From an uncultured Actinomycetota bacterium (GTDB lineage Bacteria > Actinomycetota > Actinomycetes > Streptosporangiales > Streptosporangiaceae): a stretch of DNA of 64,000 bases. This document shows positions 51,369 through 59,250 of this stretch, piece by piece; the stretch's first letter is position 1; each line of letters begins with the position of its first letter. The stretch is taken from positions 15,392-79,391 of the forward strand of contig CAWFUM010000007.1 of the NCBI GenBank assembly GCA_963818995.1. Direction: 5' to 3'. The notes under the pieces are model-generated. The model saw only the letters and a list, made by a program, of their open reading frames with translations, did not search any database and had not been told where the DNA came from. Both the position numbers and the translations under genes were made by a program.

Positions 51369-52796
51369 CTAGCAGGAAGAACGGCGACCTGAACACCAGC
51401 ATGCTTCGGGCCGTAGTAGAACCATATGTTGTAACAATGGAACCCTGCGTCCAGCACTATCATTATAGTTCACAACATAGAATCCGAAATTTCCCCAGTC
51501 ATCACCGGGCAGTGACCACACCACTACCTGTACGTAGCGGAAGCCCCGCCCAGATGTAGGACACGTACGGAGTATATGATCCTGACGGAAATCCATTGCG
51601 TTCCGGTAGGGTCCGCATTGTCCACCGGGTTGCCATTGGCGTACTCGTACGGCTCAACGTCCGGCTGATCGCTGGGTCGACGGACTTGAACTGGCCCGTC
51701 TGTGGATCGTAGTAGCGGTCAACCAGATAGATCAAGCCATCTGGGTCTGTGTTCCGCCAGCGTCGCCAAGGGCGTCATGGCAGTCAGGCCCCCCGCTGTC
51801 TCTGGGTTGCCCCACGCGTCGTAGTTCGCAGCGCCGGTCAAAGCGCCGGACGAGTTCGCGGTCCCACGAACGGAGCCAAGCGCGTCTACGACTAGGTAGG
51901 TACCGCTCCTGATGAGAGGCGGAATTGCTCCTCTGGCGCAGCCCCGCCATCGTAGATGTAGGCATAAGATCCGTCCATGATAACTGTCGGCACCTGTCAC
52001 ACGGTGTTCCAGGCATATCCCTGCGTGACGGCCGACCCGCCTGCGGAGTGATTTGGTCGGGCCCGCATGCCGTTGCCGTCGTAGGATGAGGCGCTCATGG
52101 TTCCGCTTTATTGCTGTAGGTGGGAGCTCGCCGGCGCCGATCCGGCTGCCAATTGATTCCGTAGTGGATCCCTGTACAGAGCTGAGATGTTCGCCGACGG
52201 CGTTGTCAGTGTCGCTGGTCGTGTTCCCGGAGAGCGTCTGGGAATTCAGATCGCCAGCGGTCGTAGGTTCCCGTGCCGCCCGCAGGGAGTGTTGTGAGAT
52301 TGGAGGATGCGTCGAAGCCGTAGTTGAGCTCGGTTCCGCTTCCAGGGGTATCGGAGCTGATCCTGCCCTGGGCGATCGTCGGTGTAGTCGGCTGGGGACA
52401 GCGCCGAGGACGGTGTGTCGGTTTCTGAGAGAATCGTACCCGCAGCTGCGTCGGAGTAGCTGAAGGATGGCGAGTAGAACTCGAATTCTTCAGCCGCTAT
52501 AGAGGACGGGGCGCCCGTCGGATCGTAGGTTGTCGCGATAGTGTCTCCCGTGGAACCGAGAGTTGCTGCGAGTAGGGAGCGCCGTCGGCGGTGCTGCTAA
52601 TGCCGATTTGGTTGCCATTGAAGTCGGTGACTGAGTCGAGTTCGTCGGCATGATCGTAGGCGTAGGTGACGGTGTCGGAGGTGGCCCAGCTGGCGGTAGA
52701 TGGCAGCGGGTAGGTAAACGATTCCGACGGCCTACCGTCGACGAGTCCCCTCCGGAGGGGACTACCCCATCGGGTCGCATCATCCGACACACACAT
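51369..52796 (-). pseudogene. 5'-truncated, multiply frame-shifted RHS/YD-repeat protein C-terminal fragment
   Basis: YD repeats (TYAYDHADELDSVTDFNGNQI; NYDAWGNPE), the core end LVDRYYDPQTGQFKSVDP, and (shifted frame) PYEYANGNPVDNADPTG. A short tip of unclear frame follows. The 5' end disappears into the polypyrimidine tract. Confidence 0.7.
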
Positions 52797-52824
52797 ACCG
52801 AAACATGCGCTCGACCTACACCGG

Positions 52825-53246
52825 ACCCCTCATCTCAAATCTCTCCTCACCCCCAAAACCCTCACTCACCCATCACCCCCCCCCCCCCTACCGACCTCCC
52901 CTCTGACTGACTCTCCGGTCCCCTGATGGCCTGCCGCTCCCTCTCCTCGCCCACCCTCCTCCCCCCCCCTCTCCTGCCTCCCCTCTCCCCCTCACCCCCT
53001 CCCTCCCCCCCCCTCTCTCCCCTCCTTTCCCCTCCCCCCCTCCCTCCCCTCCCCACCCCCCCCCCCCCCCCCCCCCTCTTCCTCTTCCTCCCCCCTTTTA
53101 CCCCTCCACACCCACAAATACCGCCCCTCCACCTCCCGAACCCACCTCCTGTCCTTAGCCTCCCCCATCCCTCCCACCAATCCCTCTCCATCCCTCTCAC
53201 ATCCCGCCTATCTCCCCGCCCCCCCCCCCCCCCCCCTCACCTACCT
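52825..53246 (+). repeat. ~420-nt polypyrimidine (C/T, C-dominated) almost G-free low-complexity tract
   Basis: By my manual count there are only about 17 G in 422 nt. There is a 146-nt G-free stretch (52977-53122) and C runs of 13 (52876-52888), 21 (53056-53076) and 18 (53219-53236). Confidence 0.95.
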
Positions 53247-54712
53247 GCGGGTGTCCACAAAGAACAGGCCGAACGAGGCGGCCGGGACGAAGGCTTCTCC
53301 ATCCCGGCCCAGCGTGAGGCCTGCGCCCGCAAGGCCGCGTCCCTGGACGCGGTCATCACCGCCGAATTCATTGACGCAGGGGAGTCGGGTACTTCGCCGC
53401 CAGCGACCTGAGCTGCAGCGACTGCTCGCCTGGGTGCGTGAACACTCTGTCGACATCTGCATCGTCCATAAGCTCGACCGGCTTGCCCGCTCCCGCGCCG
53501 ACGATGTCGCCATCGACTTCGCGCTCACCCAAGCCGGCGTCACACTCGTTCGGTCAGCGAGAACATCGACGAGACGCCGTCCGGCATGCTGATGCACGGC
53601 ATCATGAGCAGCATCGCCGAGGTTTACTCCCGCAATCTGGCCACCGAAATAACTAAAGGACTGGTGCAGAAAGCCAGCCTCGGCGGCACTGTCTGCCGTG
53701 CTCCGCTCGGCTACAAAAACGTCCATCTCACCGACGAACTGGGTCGGATCAGCCGCACGGTAAAGATTGATCCTGAACGAGCCCACCTCATCACCTGGGC
53801 CTTCTACCGTTACGCCGAAGGTGACTGCTGCCTCTCCCTCCTGCTCGAGCAACTGACCAGCGCGCGGGCCTGACTACCCGGCCAACCCCGAAGTGGTCGG
53901 CCGCCATTGGCCGTCACCACGTTGCACAAGCTGCTGCGCAACCCTACTACAGCGGCCAGGTCCGCTACAAAGGCGTCCAGTATGACGGCGTCCACGAGCC
54001 CCTCTTCAACCCAGCGACCTGGCAGCAGGTCCAGGACCTGCTGGCGGCCCACAGGCTGGGCGGAACCCATCAGCGAACCAACTTGCACTACCTGCGGGGC
54101 AGCGTCTTTTGCGGGACGGCTGCGGATCGCGGCTCATGCTCACCACGGCCCGCAACCGCTGGGGCAGCGTCTACCCCTACTTCTGTGCTCGGGACGGACC
54201 CGCCGAACAACCACCTGCGAGCGTCAGGCCATGCCCGTCGAGCTCATCGAAGAACTCATCCAGGAGGAAAACCGCACCATCGCCCTGGCACCGGGCTCCG
54301 GGATCAGGTCGAGGCTCTCATCCTCGAGGACTTCGACACTATCCAGGTTGCTGCGGCCGGGAGCGCGCGACCTCGAAAACCAGCAGCGCCTGTTGACCGG
54401 CCAGCGCCAGAAGCTCCTGGATGCTCACTATGCGGGCGCCATTCCCATGGATCTGCTCAAGTTTGAGCAGGACCGCATTACGGGTCAGCTCGGACACATT
54501 GCAGCAACTAACGGCGGCCGACCGAAGTATTATCGGGCCCGTCAGAACTTGTCCGACTGCCTTGACATCACCCGTGACTGCCACGCCGCCTACCTGGAAG
54601 ACGAATGAGACCACGAGGAGATTTCGATCAGGCGTTTTTCTCCAGGATCTACATCGACGAGGACGACGACAGCCGTGACCGCAGTGTCAGAGTCGACTAC
54701 AACGAGCCCTTC
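53242..54712 (+). pseudogene. Large serine recombinase, truncated at both ends, at least seven frame switches
   Basis: YLRVST/KEQAERGG.DEGFSIPAQREACARKA, ELQRLLAWVREHSVDICIVHKLDRLARSRADDVAI, ENIDETPSGMLMHGIMSSIAEVYSRNLA and TLHKLLRNP. Then YDGVHEPLFNPATWQQVQ, the zinc-ribbon part CGSRLMLTTARNRWGSVYPYF, and the tail FDQAFFSRIYIDEDDD..VRVDYNEPF. No start codon. Confidence 0.8.
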
Positions 54713-54732
54713 CCCCCCCCAACCTCCTTCCT

Positions 54733-54746
54733 CCCTCGATGCGAAC
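54733..54746 (-). repeat. Short copy of the att core (CCCTCGATGCGAAC; copy 4)
   Basis: Matches the anticodon-loop-proximal end of the 43-nt core. The T-arm part is replaced by a C/T-rich patch (54707-54737). The P' arm repeat follows at the canonical 85 nt. Confidence 0.5.
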
Positions 54747-54830
54747 TCTCGGCAGCAACGGCGCCGGACGGTCGTTGGAGCAAGTCGGCGACCAACCGGA
54801 GCTTGCTGCAACCGTTCGCAGTCGATGACG

Positions 54831-54852
54831 TTGCTGTACTCCTGTGCTGTAC
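54831..54852 (+). repeat. Arm-type repeat, P'-side copy 4 (TTGCTGTACTCCTGTGCTGTAC)
   Basis: Lies 85 nt after core copy 4. Confidence 0.6.
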
Positions 54853-55161
54853 AGCTTTTGCCTGGCGGTTCACGTGCAATCGGCTGAGGTTCCGATTCTC
54901 AGGAGGCTTTGCAGATCCGGGCGTGTCTGCAGTAGTGCACATGAGCTGGCCGTCGGTCATGTCGGCTGTCTTGAGCTGCCAGATCGGCCATATCAGTCCA
55001 GGACTGCTGTTAGCACCCCGTTAGCAGGACCGCCACAAGCGAATCCCCGCAGCTTGAAAGCTGAACAGTGCATCGCTATCTGTGCTGCGGGTGTCTGCGG
55101 CAGTAGAGATGATGAAGTGTTGTATCGGCATCCGGATACTGCTGAACCGAGGGTTGTCACG

Positions 55162-55932
55162 ATGGAAGAAGTGATGCCGGGGGGCAGGTTCGCCCGGCCG
55201 GTCCGCCGCGGATCGACTGTCGAGAGACGCTGGTCCCGGCCGCTGTATGTGCACGAGCTGCTCGTCTATCTGGAAGCACGCGGATTCGAGCTCGCGCGGC
55301 GCTACTTGGGGATGACTCCTGACGGCAGGCGCGACATCCTCAGCTACATTGACGGCGACATCGGCTACCCGCCCCCGTCTGACTTCGTGCGCTCCGACGA
55401 AGCGCTCGTCAGCATCGCCCGCGCTTTCCGGTCCATGCACGACGCCGCCGAGGGATTCGTTCCATCCTCGCCCGGACCGCGCTACAGCCATGATGTGTGC
55501 ACTCCCGATCCCATCGACAGTGTCGGGCACGGCGATCTGGCTCCCTGGAACATCGTCTTCAACGGCAGCCAGGTCGCGGGCATCATCGACTGGGACTCAG
55601 CCGGGCCGTCCAGCCGCGCCTGGGACCTGAGCTATGCCGCCTTCCAGTTCGTGCCGTTCACACTCACACCAGACCTGCAGAACTGGGGCTGGCCACAAGA
55701 ACCCGACCGCGCCGCCCGGCTAGCACTATTCGCCGCCTCCTACGGCTAACTCGTTGAACCTGCCGAACTCGTCGACCTGGCCATCGTTCGCCTCGTTTCC
55801 ATGGCCGCCCGCATGGAACGCGAGATCCGCGTCGGTAACCCGGCATTCGATACCCACAAGGAAGAGCGACATGCCTGGGGATACCGCCGAGCAGCACAGT
55901 TCGTCATTCACGCCCGCGAATCGCTGCTCTGA
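55162..55932 (+). pseudogene. Aminoglycoside-phosphotransferase-like (APH/kinase-fold) protein with an in-frame TAA
   Basis: HGDLAPWNIVFNGSQVAGIIDWDSAG (catalytic/Brenner-type motif). The ORF stops at TAA 55747-55749 but continues in the same frame (LVEPAELVDLAIVRL...GNPAFDTHKEE...) to the TGA at 55930-55932. Confidence 0.7.
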
Positions 55933-55968
55933 ATCCCCCGAGCTTCTTCTTGCTGACCAAGGGTCATC

Positions 55969-56220
55969 TTGATGGCCTTACACTGCGGCATGGTCGACGA
56001 TCCGGTTGGAGCCTTCTTCGCTGCGCAGCTGCCCCAGATAGCGGTTGTGATGATCGATTTCCAGAACGATTTCTGCAGTCCTGAGCCGTTCGGCGCCGAT
56101 GCTCCGAACACGCACAACGCTGCTACGGCACTCCGGGCTAACGAGTTCGCCCGACAGGCTAGCGACCTCGGGCCGGCGGTCCCGAGTGCCGCTATACCGT
56201 CCGAGGACCTAGTCGAATGA
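55969..56220 (+). pseudogene. Isochorismatase/cysteine-hydrolase family N-terminal fragment
   Basis: IAVVMIDFQNDFCSPE is the family N-terminal motif. Only about 80 codons remain. Confidence 0.5.
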
Positions 56221-56234
56221 GAGAGGGATAAACC

Positions 56235-56942
56235 TTGAAGCTCCTGATCACCTCCGCCGGGATCAAGAACCAGAGCATTCACGATGCGCTGACCGGCCTC
56301 CTCGGCAAGCCGGTCGACCAGTCCAGCGCCCTGGTCATCCCTACCGGGACCTACGCCATGGGCGGTCCTGGGGCGGCCTGGCAGATGATCACCGGACGCG
56401 GCCGCACGCCCCTGTGCGAGCTGGGTTGGAAGTCCCTCGGCGTGCTTGAGCTCACCGCGCTGCCCAGCCTCGGCGAGGACCTCTGGCTCCCCGCAGTCCG
56501 GGAAACCGATGCCCTGCTGGTCTGCGGCGGAGATTGCTTCTACATCGGCTACTGGATGCGGCAATCCGGCCTGGCTGCCCTCCTGCCGTCCCTGCCTAGT
56601 GCCGTTTACGTGGGCCTCAGCGGCAGCAGCATGGCCGCGGGGCCCAGCATCGGGGAGTACTTCGAAGGCTGGACCGCGCCCGCCGGTGGTGACAACGCTC
56701 TCGGGCTCGCTGACTTCTCTGTCTTTCCTCACCTTGACAATGAGGAAATGCCAGACTTCTCCATGACCGGCGCCGAAGAATGGGCAGCAAGCCTGTCTAC
56801 GCCGGGCTACGCCATCGACGACCAGACCGCGATCCGAGTCACCGACGGCGCCGCCGACGTCATCTCCGAAGGGCACTGGAGACTCTTCACGCCTAGTACT
56901 GCAGCCGCAGGTCGTGATGTCCGGCGTGGTGGCGTGACATAA
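56235..56942 (+). CDS. Type 1 glutamine amidotransferase-like / peptidase E (S51) family protein
   Basis: TTG start. LLITSAG, ALLVCGGDCFYIGYWMRQSGL, and VYVGLSGSSMAAGPSI (nucleophile Ser context). Confidence 0.7.
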   Translation: MKLLITSAGIKNQSIHDALTGLLGKPVDQSSALVIPTGTYAMGGPGAAWQMITGRGRTPLCELGWKSLGVLELTALPSLGEDLWLPAVRETDALLVCGGDCFYIGYWMRQSGLAALLPSLPSAVYVGLSGSSMAAGPSIGEYFEGWTAPAGGDNALGLADFSVFPHLDNEEMPDFSMTGAEEWAASLSTPGYAIDDQTAIRVTDGAADVISEGHWRLFTPSTAAAGRDVRRGGVT

Positions 56943-57034
56943 AGCGGCCGCCGGCGGAGGTCGCGGCGGTGATCGCCTATCTGGCCTCCGACGAAGCCAC
57001 GCTGATAACCGCGAACGTGATAACCCTGCGATGA
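56942..57034 (+). pseudogene. Short-chain dehydrogenase/reductase 3' fragment
   Basis: Encodes KRPPAEVAAVIAYLASDEATLITANVITLR*, the typical SDR C-terminus. No upstream part. Confidence 0.5.
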
Positions 57035-57079
57035 ACCGCCGCACCTATCCCGTCCTCCTGTTAGGCGCCGACCGATCCG

Positions 57080-57155
57080 GAGAAGATCAGGGTCAAGGGT
57101 GCCCGCAGGGCATCACATGTGACGCGCGGAGCGCGCCCTTGCGCGTGATCTTCTC
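57080..57155. repeat. Hairpin-forming palindromic element, copy B
   Basis: GAGAAGATCAGGGTCAAGGGTGC ... GCGCCCTTGCGCGTGATCTTCTC: 23-nt arms with a ~30-nt loop. Confidence 0.6.
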
Positions 57156-57419
57156 AGGCTCAAGACTTGAGCGCCAGGAGGACGTCAGCCCTGAGTGACC
57201 GGCCGTGTCCGCGCGCTGAATCCGGCGCGCGATGCCAGACATCGGACCGTCACCGGACCGGGAGCGCGCCAACGCCGCCGTGGCCCGGAGGGCCTTAGCC
57301 TCGATCCACCGTCGCAGGGGTGGCTTTGAGGGGCGTGTCGACGCGAAAGGTGTCCTCTGAGCTGGGACGATGGGAGTTGCTGAAGCTTCCGACGCCTAGC
57401 TGGAGAGGACACCTCGCAG

Positions 57420-58155
57420 GTGCGATTGTTACATGGTCTGGCGAAGACGCACGCATCGTTTGACGACGGCAATCTCGTGTCGCGCGCGGGCCTGGTGCCG
57501 GTGATGGCGCTGGCGCAGCGCTGCGGCCTGGCGGACCTGGCCGGCGAGCATGTCAGGATCGGCCGGCCGGCCGGGGTGAACGCCGGGCTGAAAGCGGGAT
57601 GCCTGGTCGCGGGGATGACGGCCGGGGCCGACAGTATCGATGACACGGACGTGCTGCGGCACGGCGCGATGCCGCTGCTGTTCGGCGGGATCCGGGCGCC
57701 ATCGACTCTGGGTCGTTCCTGCGCTCGTTTACCTGGGGGAACGTCCGTCAGCTCGAGAAGGTGCACCGGCAGTTCCTGGCCGGGCTGGCCGGCCGGGCGC
57801 CGCTGCTGCCAGGCCGGGACGTGCTGGCCTTCGTCGATATCGACTCTCAGCAGAAACGGGTCTTCGGCTACCGCAAGCAAGGCGCGACGTTCGGCTATAC
57901 CAAGATCAGCGGCAAGAGCCTGATGGTCCGCGGCCTGAACGTGCTGGCGGCCACGATCAGCACTCCGCTGGGCGCGCCGGTGATCGCCGGTGCCCGGCTT
58001 CGCGGCGGCAGCGCCGGCTCCGCCCGCGGGGCGGCGTCGTTCATCACTGAGGCCATCGCCATCGCCCGCGACACCGGCTGCGGCGGCACGATCGTGGTGC
58101 GGATGGACTCGGCGTATTACAGCAGCTCCGCGGTCGGGGCCGTCCGCCGCGCGGG
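57420..58155 (+). pseudogene. IS1380-family transposase, N-terminal ~245 codons only, one frame break
   Basis: THASFDDGNLVSRAGLVPVMALAQRCGL, VAGMTAGADSIDDTDVLRHG, APSTLG / SFLRSFTWGNVRQL (break near 57710-57730), and VDIDSQQKRVFGYRKQGATFGYT. The final stretch is APVIAGARLRGGSAGSARGA and IVVRMDSAYY. Confidence 0.75.
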
Positions 58156-58336
58156 CGTCCACGACACTCGCCGAACCTGCGCCTCGCTCCTGGTCGCTCT
58201 GGACGTCCATCCTCGCGTGGCCATGCAGATCCTTCGTCATAGCCAGATCGCCATGACGATGGAGGTCTACAGCGAGGTCCCTTCAGCCAAAACCCGAAGC
58301 GCGCTCAAGCGCCTGGGCAGGCAGCTCGGCAGCTAG
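58156..58336 (+). pseudogene. 3' fragment (about 60 codons) of a tyrosine integrase, fused in frame to the IS1380 fragment
   Basis: VHDTRRTCASLLVALDVHPRVAMQILRHSQIAMTMEVYSEVPSAKTRSALKRLGRQLGS* is nearly identical to the C-terminus of the intact int at 36339-36518. Confidence 0.8.
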
Positions 58337-58340
58337 ACGG

Positions 58341-58362
58341 TTGCTGTACCTCGCTGTTGTAC
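58341..58362 (+). repeat. Arm-type repeat, P-side copy 3 (TTGCTGTACCTCGCTGTTGTAC)
   Basis: Lies 51 nt before the tRNA 3' end, the same spacing as copies 1 and 2. Confidence 0.65.
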
Positions 58363-58412
58363 GGGCCAGCAGAAAGGCCAGCTGCATGATCGCGACTGGC
58401 CTCTGGCCTGGG

Positions 58413-58486
58413 TGGAGCTGAGGGGATTTGAACCCCTGACCCCCTCGATGCGAACGAGGTGCGCTACCGGACTGCGCTACAGCCCC
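58413..58486 (-). tRNA. tRNA-Ala (anticodon CGC)
   Basis: The reverse complement is GGGGCTGTAGCGCAGTCCGGTAGCGCACCTCGTTCGCATCGAGGGGGTCAGGGGTTCAAATCCCCTCAGCTCCA. It folds as a cloverleaf (7/4/5/5-bp stems) with the G3:U70 Ala identity pair and anticodon loop TTCGCAT. CCA is not encoded. Confidence 0.92.
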
Positions 58487-58540
58487 TGGAACGCCAGTCA
58501 GCGTAGCAAATGCCAGGCACTCCTCGCGCTGGCCGATCGC

Positions 58541-59209
58541 TTATAGGACCCGCACGGCCGGTCGCGGCGGCGAGCCGGCCAGGCTCCGGTCCCGGCTGAG
58601 CTCAGCCAGATGCGTCTTCACCGCGGGCCAGTCCGCCGCGGTGATCGCGAACCGGGCCGAGTCCCGCGGCTGGTCATCAGAGGCCAGGCGGTGCCAGCGA
58701 AGTGTCCCCTCGTAGCGCGCGCCGATGCGGCTGATGGCCTGCCGGGAACGCTCATTCCTGGCATCGGTGTGCAGGCAGACGCTCCGCACGTCCCACTCAT
58801 CGAAGGCCAGCGTCAGCATCAGGCGCTTCATCTCGGTGTTCGCGCCCGTGCGGATCGCCGATCGCGTCAGCCACGTATTGCCGATCTCGCAGGTGTCGGG
58901 TCCATCGTGGCCGTGCCGCTCGTGGCCGTCCGGCCAGGGCCACCAGTCGAGGTCGAACAGCCGGGTCGATCCGATCGCGGTCTCATCGGCGAGCCGGATG
59001 ACAGCGAACGGCGCGGCGGTGCCAGCCGCCCTGGCCGCCTCGGCCGTCTCGATGTAGCGGGCCATCTCGGCATCGCCGACGGGCACCTTGCTCATCCGGA
59101 ACAGGTCCCGATGACCTGCGGACGCGGCTACCAGTCCGGCGTGATGCCGCTGCCCGAGCGGCTCCAGGCGAACATGCTGACCGCTGAGCTCAGGATCCAG
59201 AACTGGCAT
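58541..59209 (-). CDS. GNAT family N-acetyltransferase (RimJ/RimL-like)
   Basis: 222 aa. LSGQHVRLEPL, EIGNTWL, NTEMKRLMLTLAFDEWDVRSVCLHTDARNERSRQAISRIGARYEG. Confidence 0.8.
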   Translation of the reverse strand: MPVLDPELSGQHVRLEPLGQRHHAGLVAASAGHRDLFRMSKVPVGDAEMARYIETAEAARAAGTAAPFAVIRLADETAIGSTRLFDLDWWPWPDGHERHGHDGPDTCEIGNTWLTRSAIRTGANTEMKRLMLTLAFDEWDVRSVCLHTDARNERSRQAISRIGARYEGTLRWHRLASDDQPRDSARFAITAADWPAVKTHLAELSRDRSLAGSPPRPAVRVL

Positions 59210-59250
59210 GGCAACGCCTCGCTAATTATGTTACAGTACATATTACTTAT

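Larger units (their letters stand above)
36636..54732. mobile_element. Decayed AICE-like integrated element (~18 kb) between att cores 2 and 4, lacking its own int end
   Basis: The P' arm lies 84 nt from core 2. Contains a KorSA-like GntR, small ORFs, a membrane protein, an FtsK/TraB-like gene and a RepSA-like gene. Later insertions: IS701-like element, AT-richer patch, RHS fragment, serine recombinase. Confidence 0.55.
54733..58412. mobile_element. Remnant integrated element (~3.7 kb) adjacent to the intact tRNA-Ala
   Basis: Order: core 4, P' arm, APH-like pseudogene, isochorismatase fragment, S51 peptidase-like gene, SDR fragment, hairpin element, IS1380 transposase fragment, int 3' fragment, P arm, tRNA. 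Confidence 0.5.

Noticed and set aside
52825-53246. Whether the low-complexity tract, or any other repeat in the window, is a CRISPR array.
   Set aside because: There are no regularly spaced direct repeats of 24-48 nt with unique spacers anywhere in the window, and no cas-like genes.
52862-53411. ORFs 52862..53200(-) (Gly/Arg/Glu-rich) and 52926..53411(+) (Pro/Leu/Ser-rich) across the polypyrimidine tract.
   Set aside because: They are pure by-products of translating a C/T low-complexity tract. Only the last ~55 codons of the plus ORF are real recombinase sequence, and that part is reported as a pseudogene.
59210-59250. AT-rich 41-nt spacer (taattatgttacagtacatattacttatatg) between the GNAT and MocR-like genes, as a possible MocR operator.
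   Set aside because: It is plausibly a divergent promoter region. However, I could not define the direct or inverted repeats expected for MocR binding, so no site is called.
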